DNA of 64,000 nucleotides from an uncultured beta proteobacterium (GTDB lineage Bacteria > Pseudomonadota > Gammaproteobacteria > Burkholderiales > Casimicrobiaceae), in NCBI GenBank assembly GCA_963816445.1, contig CAWFKO010000002.1, positions 384,790 to 448,789 on the forward strand, written 5' to 3'. The translations under genes were made by a program, and so were the position numbers. Shown piece by piece: positions 58,934-64,000 of this stretch (within the stretch, counting starts at the first letter, position 1; every line of letters begins with the position of its first letter). The notes beneath the pieces are model-generated. The model was not told the DNA's origin, ran no database searches, and was given only the letters and a program-made list of their open reading frames with translations.

Positions 58934-59863
58934 CTACGATCCGCGGTGAGGTCGGTTCGTAGTTCCGTTGCGGGTGGGGATCGTCATGGCGGCAACGCCG
59001 GTAACGACGCAAACGAATCCGACCCAAGCGGCGGGCGTCAGGGATTCTCCAAGAAAGATCATGCCCAGTGCGACGCCGATCGGAACTCGCAAATAGGCTT
59101 GCGCCGTTGTACCGACGGAACCAAGCGTGCGCACGAGACGAAAGTAGATCACGAATGCCACGGCGGTCGAGAACACGGATAGCGCAAGAAGTGCTGCCAC
59201 CGACGCCCTTGAAGGATGCAGCGTCCAGGGACGATCAACGACGAGGCTTGCCGGAACAATAAGCATCGCCCCGACCAACAGAGAACCTGCGGCGGGGATA
59301 GCCGAAGGCAGGCCTTGGAACGCGCGGCCATAGATCGCAGCACCGGCATAGCAAGCTGTCGCGGCGACAATCGCGAGCTGCGGGATGGTTTGGCTTCCGA
59401 GATCGTTGAGAGCGCTGGTGCCGACAATCAAGCAAATGCCGGCGAGTCCGACGACGACGCCAAGGAACTTGCGCGGCGTGACTTGTTCATGCTTGGTCAC
59501 GAGCCATGTCACGGCGAACGCAAGTACGGGCGAAGCCGAGTTCAGGATGGTGGCCAGTCCGGCCTCCACCGACCGCTCGGCCCATGCGATGAGAGTAAAT
59601 GGCACGACGCTGTTCAGCATGGCCTGCACCAGAAAGCGTCGCCAGAGTTCCGGCTTGCGTGGGATTGAGATGCCGCGTACCGCAATCCAGGCGGCGAGCA
59701 GACACGCGGCAATGACCGTTCTCGCCGCAACAAGGGTCAGTGGCGGTATCGTTGCAACGCCGATCCGAATGAACGTGTAGGATGCGCCCCAAAGCGCGGA
59801 GAGCATCAGGAGCAGTGCGAGTTCGCGCGTTGAGCTTTTCGCAGAGGCGGCGATGCTGTGCAT
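58934..59863 (-). CDS. DMT superfamily (EamA-like) transporter
   Basis: It has ten hydrophobic segments and a duplicated EamA organisation. Confidence 0.8.
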   Translation of the reverse strand: MHSIAASAKSSTRELALLLMLSALWGASYTFIRIGVATIPPLTLVAARTVIAACLLAAWIAVRGISIPRKPELWRRFLVQAMLNSVVPFTLIAWAERSVEAGLATILNSASPVLAFAVTWLVTKHEQVTPRKFLGVVVGLAGICLIVGTSALNDLGSQTIPQLAIVAATACYAGAAIYGRAFQGLPSAIPAAGSLLVGAMLIVPASLVVDRPWTLHPSRASVAALLALSVFSTAVAFVIYFRLVRTLGSVGTTAQAYLRVPIGVALGMIFLGESLTPAAWVGFVCVVTGVAAMTIPTRNGTTNRPHRGS

Positions 59864-60136
59864 GAATGACGCGGAGGACGCTTGGCCTTCGAAGAAATAG
59901 ACTCGCTGCCCCGTCGTGCGGCAAGCACTTATTCTGCAGCCGAGCGGAAGGCCGATATTTCGCTGTGCGTCGAACCATTGAATTCAGACAGAGCAGAAGT
60001 CTCGGAAGGCGACGACACGTTCGCGGCTTTACTCAGGGCCAACCATTGAGCTTTACCTAACTACCTAACACAACCAGACATGAACCAAACCATGTCGCCC
60101 CGGCGGAGGCCGGCGCCTAATCTCTGGCTATGAAAT

Positions 60137-60165
60137 TGGATCCCGGCCCTGCGCCGGGATGACCC
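60137..60165. repeat. Single REP-like palindromic unit (cluster C)
   Basis: TTGGATCCCGGCCCTGCGCCGGGATGACC belongs to the same family as clusters A, B and D. Confidence 0.8.
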
Positions 60166-60294
60166 CAACATTCATACATGCTGTCTCACTCGGCTTCGTC
60201 TGGACCCAGGCAAGGGATGCCTGATCCGCGAGTTGATCCGAGTAGTGGTAGGGTTTGAGTTTCCCATCCCTGCGATAAATAGGAGGCTGCGAAC

Positions 60295-60810
60295 ATGGAG
60301 CACAGTGGCCGTTCGGCAACCACGCCGATCGTCAACCTCGACCAACTCGACACCGGGCGCGAAATGCGCCACAGCGACAGATTCGACGCCAGGATTTCGC
60401 CGGTCGGCCAGCGCGTTGGGGCGCGCAAGCTTGGCTACAACGTGACGACCGTGGCGCCGGGCAAGCGTGCATTCCCGTTCCATAATCATCACGCCAACGA
60501 GGAGATGTTCTTCGTCCTCGAGGGCGAAGGCACGCTTCGCTTCGGGCCCGACGTGTACCCTGTGCGCAAAGGCGATTTTGTCTGCTGCCCGGCAGGAGGG
60601 CCTGCGCATCAGTTCGTCAACACCGGCGCGGATGTGCTCCGCTACGTCGCCGTCAGCACGATGCTGGACACCGACGTTTGGCACTATCCGGATTCCGGCA
60701 AGTTCGGCGTGGTCGGTGGCCGCGAACCTGGAGCGCCCCCGGTGAATGCTTCGTTTCCTGCCCGCTTCGTTCCGGACGGCACCACCGTCGACTACCGGCA
60801 CGGGGAATGA
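60295..60810 (+). CDS. Cupin domain protein
   Basis: AGGAGG lies upstream of ATG 60295. The cupin motifs are FPFHNHHANEEMFFVLEGEG...GDFVCCPAGGPAHQFVN. Confidence 0.8.
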   Translation: MEHSGRSATTPIVNLDQLDTGREMRHSDRFDARISPVGQRVGARKLGYNVTTVAPGKRAFPFHNHHANEEMFFVLEGEGTLRFGPDVYPVRKGDFVCCPAGGPAHQFVNTGADVLRYVAVSTMLDTDVWHYPDSGKFGVVGGREPGAPPVNASFPARFVPDGTTVDYRHGE

Positions 60811-61147
60811 GTGCACTAAGCAAGGCTCCGGCCCGGCCGCCGCGCGTCGCCGCGATGCCTGACGCCTATCGGCTGATAGAAGCCTGAATCGCCCCATCTG
60901 CCTCAGCCACGTCTGACAGACGTGTCCAGTCTGTCCTACAGCAGCTTCAGGCTCTGCTGATTGTCATCAGGCGCGCGTGGACTGAGCATGGAGTCCGCGC
61001 CCTTATTGGCACTCCGGACCGGCCCCCTATGGATTTCGCCGGGTTGCCATTGGCGACAGGTTCGTCGGTTGTTTTTGGTCTCGCCTTCTACACGGTCACG
61101 CCGGCCATGCCGACTGAGGAAGACAATGTACGACCTCCGAAGATACA

Positions 61148-61801
61148 GTGCCTGACGCTCGACGAAAACCAGCCGCGGCTGACCCTTCGGCCGCTTGGGC
61201 GAGCGAATGGCCGTCGAAGCCAGCCGTCGACGCATGCCGACGTTGCCGGCTGTGGTTTCGCGCGACGCAGGGGGTTACAGGCGAGGGGTCGGAAAGCGCG
61301 ACGTTGATGCTGGTCGGCGAGCAGCCGGGCGACGAGGAGGACATCGCCGGACGCCCCTTCATCGGTCCGGCGGGCCGACTCCTGCGCACGCTGCTTGAAC
61401 AATGCGGAATCGATGCGTCAAGCGTGTACATCACGAACGCGGTGAAGCATTTCAGCTGGGAACCTCGCGGCAAACGCCGACTGCACAAGACTCCGGCGCA
61501 GCGCGAGATCGCCGCATGCCACGCATGGCTGGAAGCGGAGATCGCCACGCTCAGGCCGCGAGCGATCGTCGCGCTCGGCACGACTGCATTGTTCGCCGTG
61601 CTCGGGTATCGGGTCAGTGTGGGCGAGGCGCGCACGCAATCGCTATACCTTGCCGATGGAACGCGCGTGATAGCGACATACCACCCGTCGGCGATCCTGC
61701 GCGCTCCCGGGGCAGAGCACAAGGAGACGGTGATGCGGTTGCTGCGTGACGATCTGGTCACCGCGGCAAAGCTCGCCGGTGCCGCATCGACGAAGAGGTG
61801 A
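61148..61801 (+). CDS. udgX: Family 4-type uracil-DNA glycosylase superfamily protein of the UdgX type (uracil-DNA binding/cross-linking)
   Basis: The Fe-S Cys region is CRRCRLW and motif A is LVGEQPGDEEDIAGRPFIGPAGRLL. NAVKHF is followed by the UdgX-specific loop GKRRLH (KRRIH in the mycobacterial protein), and motif B is TYHPSAILR. A GTG start is assumed at 61148. Confidence 0.75.
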   Translation: MPDARRKPAAADPSAAWASEWPSKPAVDACRRCRLWFRATQGVTGEGSESATLMLVGEQPGDEEDIAGRPFIGPAGRLLRTLLEQCGIDASSVYITNAVKHFSWEPRGKRRLHKTPAQREIAACHAWLEAEIATLRPRAIVALGTTALFAVLGYRVSVGEARTQSLYLADGTRVIATYHPSAILRAPGAEHKETVMRLLRDDLVTAAKLAGAASTKR

Positions 61802-61847
61802 TCGATGCGTTGGGTGGGCGCATCGTGTCGTCGAAATGACACGCAGG

Positions 61848-62480
61848 TCAGCCCTCCCGTGATACGACAAGGCTGACCCCAAGATACACGAACAGGGCGC
61901 CGACTGTACGGCTCAGCCAAAGCGCGAAGCGGTGCGAAGGATCGAACCGGCGCGCCATGCGGGCCGTCGACCAAACGAGGATCAAGTTCCAAACAGTGCC
62001 GTTGAAAACGAACACGACGCCCAGAAACAGGAGGGCGAGCGGCTTGTTCGACGTCCCGGGATCGACAAACTGGGGCAAGAACGCCAGAAAGAACAGCGCG
62101 ACTTTCGGGTTCAGAACATTGGTAAGGAAGCCCTGAACAAATACGGTGCGCAGACTCGCGGCGGAGAGCGCCGGCGGCTGCGCCCCGATCGTCGGCCGGG
62201 AGACCAGCAGCGACATACCTACATAGACCAGGTAGATTGCGCCGAGCCACTTGACGATCGTATAGGCGATCGCCGAGGCTGCGAGCAGGGCCGACAAGCC
62301 AACCGCTGCGGCGAGGGTATGGACCCACAATCCCGCAGCGATTCCCAGCGCGGCAACCGTGCCACCGCGGCGACCTTGTGACACCGTGCGGCCAAGTATG
62401 TAAAGCATGTCCGGTCCCGGCGTGATGTTCAGGAGCAGCCCGGCCGCAACGAACATTGCGAGATCGGTTGTTCCAAGCAT
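61848..62480 (-). CDS. LysE/RhtB family amino-acid exporter
   Basis: FVAAGLLLNITPGPDMLYILGRTVSQGRRGG is family-typical. It has six hydrophobic segments. The start was set at ATG 62480. Confidence 0.8.
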   Translation of the reverse strand: MLGTTDLAMFVAAGLLLNITPGPDMLYILGRTVSQGRRGGTVAALGIAAGLWVHTLAAAVGLSALLAASAIAYTIVKWLGAIYLVYVGMSLLVSRPTIGAQPPALSAASLRTVFVQGFLTNVLNPKVALFFLAFLPQFVDPGTSNKPLALLFLGVVFVFNGTVWNLILVWSTARMARRFDPSHRFALWLSRTVGALFVYLGVSLVVSREG

Positions 62481-62555
62481 GGAGCTAGCCGGCCAAGTCA
62501 AGCGGTCGCCACGGGCGCGCCCGAGTCGAACGTGATGCTCTTCGCAAGGCGGCGC

Positions 62556-62987
62556 TCACAGCTTCGTCGTCACCAGAACGCGCCCCCTGGCGCCGACGGC
62601 CGTTTGGCCGTCTGCCCCCTTGATGCGGCCCCGCAGCTCCACGATGTCTTCGCAAAGCTTTGCGTTCGGTGTTACCCGAACGACAAGCCACTCCAACACG
62701 ATGGTTTCGTCTGCATATACGGGTCGGCGAAAACGCTGCCAGAACTCCAGGCCGAGCATCGCTCCGCGTTTGGAAAAGTGCGACGCAGTCAACGCCAAGA
62801 GCAAAGCTGTGGTATGGGTGCCGCTTGCGATGAGGCGACCGTATCTTGTCCGCGCCGCAAATGCCTGGTCGTGGTGTATGGGATTGTCGTCGCCCACCTT
62901 CCGGGCAAACTCTGCAACGGACGCTGGCGTCAGCACAGCCTTGGAACAGAACCGCTCGTGCGATCGAACGCTCAATTTGCACTCCAT
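62556..62987 (-). CDS. MaoC-like (R)-hydratase / hotdog-fold dehydratase
   Basis: FARKVGDDNPIHHDQAFAARTRYGRLIASGTHT is the MaoC hydratase motif. The upstream part of ORF 62556..63233 is REP-derived. Confidence 0.8.
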   Translation of the reverse strand: MECKLSVRSHERFCSKAVLTPASVAEFARKVGDDNPIHHDQAFAARTRYGRLIASGTHTTALLLALTASHFSKRGAMLGLEFWQRFRRPVYADETIVLEWLVVRVTPNAKLCEDIVELRGRIKGADGQTAVGARGRVLVTTKL

Positions 62988-63010
62988 CCATTGATCTTTA
63001 CCAATTGATC

Positions 63011-63089
63011 GTCGCCCCGGCGAAGGCCGAGGCCCAAGTTCGTTTTTCGCCGGATACCGACTTGGATCCCGGCCTTCGCCGGGATGACG
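63011..63089. repeat. REP/BIME-like cluster D: two palindromic units in opposite orientation
   Basis: The units are GTCGCCCCGGCGAAGGCCGAGGCCCAAG (63011-63038) and CTTGGATCCCGGCCTTCGCCGGGATGACG (63061-63089). Confidence 0.85.
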
Positions 63090-63169
63090 AACAGGGCGCA
63101 TGGGCTGCGCGCTCGTCACCCATACGTCTGCTTCTGGCGCCAAACCAGGTTGGGTCGTCCAAGCAAGGC

Positions 63170-63526
63170 TTACCTGCGAATGGCATTCTGTCGAGCCTTG
63201 CTCAGGGAGGCAAACGCCTTCTGATACGACCACTCAACCAACTTTTTCAGATACGACGCAGGAAAGCTTTGCACGTTGACGATTGTGACCCAGCAAAAGC
63301 GTCCCCTGTATCTGGCTGGCTTGACACCCGGAACGTCCGTCAACTCGATAAATCGATCAGGCGCGACTCGCGTACTGAAACGCCACCTTTCCGGGTGGCT
63401 GGTCTTGAAATAGGCGAACTTCTTCCCGCCCACGGAATAGACCAGAAAGTTGCTAGGCTCGCCATATAGAGTTTCGGTGGCACTGGGAAATCGGCGGCAG
63501 AACTGCTTCAGCTGCGGGACGTCCAT
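63170..63526 (-). CDS. MmcQ/YjbR family (DUF419) DNA-binding protein
   Basis: MDVPQLKQFCRRFPSATETLYGEPSNFLVYSVGGKKFAYF...RFCWVTI is typical of the YjbR family. The start was set at ATG 63526. Confidence 0.7.
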   Translation of the reverse strand: MDVPQLKQFCRRFPSATETLYGEPSNFLVYSVGGKKFAYFKTSHPERWRFSTRVAPDRFIELTDVPGVKPARYRGRFCWVTIVNVQSFPASYLKKLVEWSYQKAFASLSKARQNAIRR

Positions 63527-63573
63527 GAGCGCAGTGCCAGCACTCCGACGCTGAACCACCGGCCCTTCAGAGC

Positions 63574-64000
63574 CTACTGACCCGACGCTGGCGCCAGGCC
63601 GGCCTTCAGGATCGTCGGCGCCGCTTCGGGCGATGCGAGGAAGCGGAGCAGCGCGACGCGCCGCGTCCGGCTGCCGGGCCGCGCTGGTGATCGCTCCCGC
63701 GAAGGAGAATCCGGGCTGGAGCTCGGCCGGAATCGCGCCGACGAAGGTCACACCAGGGACGTGTATGAGCTCGCTGACCTGCTGAAAGCCGATCTCCACC
63801 TCGCCACGCGCGACGACCGCGGCCACCGGTTCGCCGGACGGCGGCCCGCGCACCTTTCGACTCTTGCCTGCCACCTGGTCCGCGACGCCGAGCTTCGCGA
63901 ACAGCGTGGTCGACAGATAGGTGCCGCTGCCGCTGTCCGAGTAGCGCGATGGACTTCGCCGCAAGCAGCGTGCTCCGGAACGCCTCGACGCTGCCGATGT
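63574..64000 (-). pseudogene. Periplasmic substrate-binding protein (ModA/PBP2-like), 5' end outside the window, two frameshifts
   Basis: ...DIGSVEAFRSTLLAAKSIA | YSDSGSGTYLSTTLFAKLGVADQV...VEIGFQQVSELIHVPGVTFVGAIPAELQPGFSFAGAITSAARQPDAAR | ALLRFLASPEAAPTILKAGLAPASGQ* needs frame changes near 63945-63955 and 63650-63660. Confidence 0.6.

Noticed and set aside
61096-62328. A 410-aa minus-strand ORF spanning the udgX and LysE regions
   Set aside because: It overlaps two well-supported genes. Its translation is Arg/Pro/Ser-rich with no recognisable domain, so it is a shadow ORF.
63170-63964. A single 264-aa ORF
   Set aside because: It is a chimera. The last 118 codons are a YjbR-family gene with its own ATG (63526). 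The upstream part is the frameshifted tail of a separate binding-protein gene whose true stop is at 63574-63576 in another frame.

Overview
This is a visibly GC-rich proteobacterial chromosomal window. The Bug/TctC receptor, PF04392 binding protein and ANDENYALAA tmRNA tag suggest a beta- or gammaproteobacterium, but I cannot place it further. About 45 protein genes look intact, and several blocks look accessory or decaying.

- **1-24 kb, housekeeping.** H+-pyrophosphatase, GNAT, O-methyltransferase, ggt, ndh, lrgAB-like, marC, an MBL hydrolase, mfd, an EamA transporter, a three-domain hydrolase/NTF2/ACBP fusion, a MASE1-PAS sensor and manC. It ends with a DapA-like / CUT1 ABC / enolase-superfamily operon.
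- **24.1-27.8 kb, the ssrA locus (most unusual region).** The tmRNA T-loop is split by an ORF-less intron with group I hallmarks. A class C group II intron with a decayed maturase sits directly after the ssrA terminator. It is followed by a free-standing LAGLIDADG endonuclease gene, an intron-less 24-nt copy of the ssrA 3' end, and a tyrosine-integrase relic.
- **28-41 kb, probable island cargo.** Three tandem cation-channel genes, an S33 lipoprotein peptidase and a 1235-aa FG-GAP secreted protein. There are also two multiply frameshifted pseudogenes: a BBP7-type outer-membrane protein and a lower-GC 3.3-kb gene with a DUF1111-like di-heme domain.
- **43-52 kb, sulfonate module.** CoA ligase, acylating aldehyde dehydrogenase, Bug receptor, a decayed tauABC operon and xsc. 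The module is bracketed by 84-bp imperfect direct repeats.
- **53-64 kb, lower-GC mixed segment.** Includes a 272-bp MITE, a UdgX-type uracil-DNA protein and small transporters.

A REP/BIME-like palindromic repeat family occurs in four clusters. Reading-frame lesions are strongly clustered in a few genes. All calls come from reading the sequence and ORF track by eye; no searches or folding were run.
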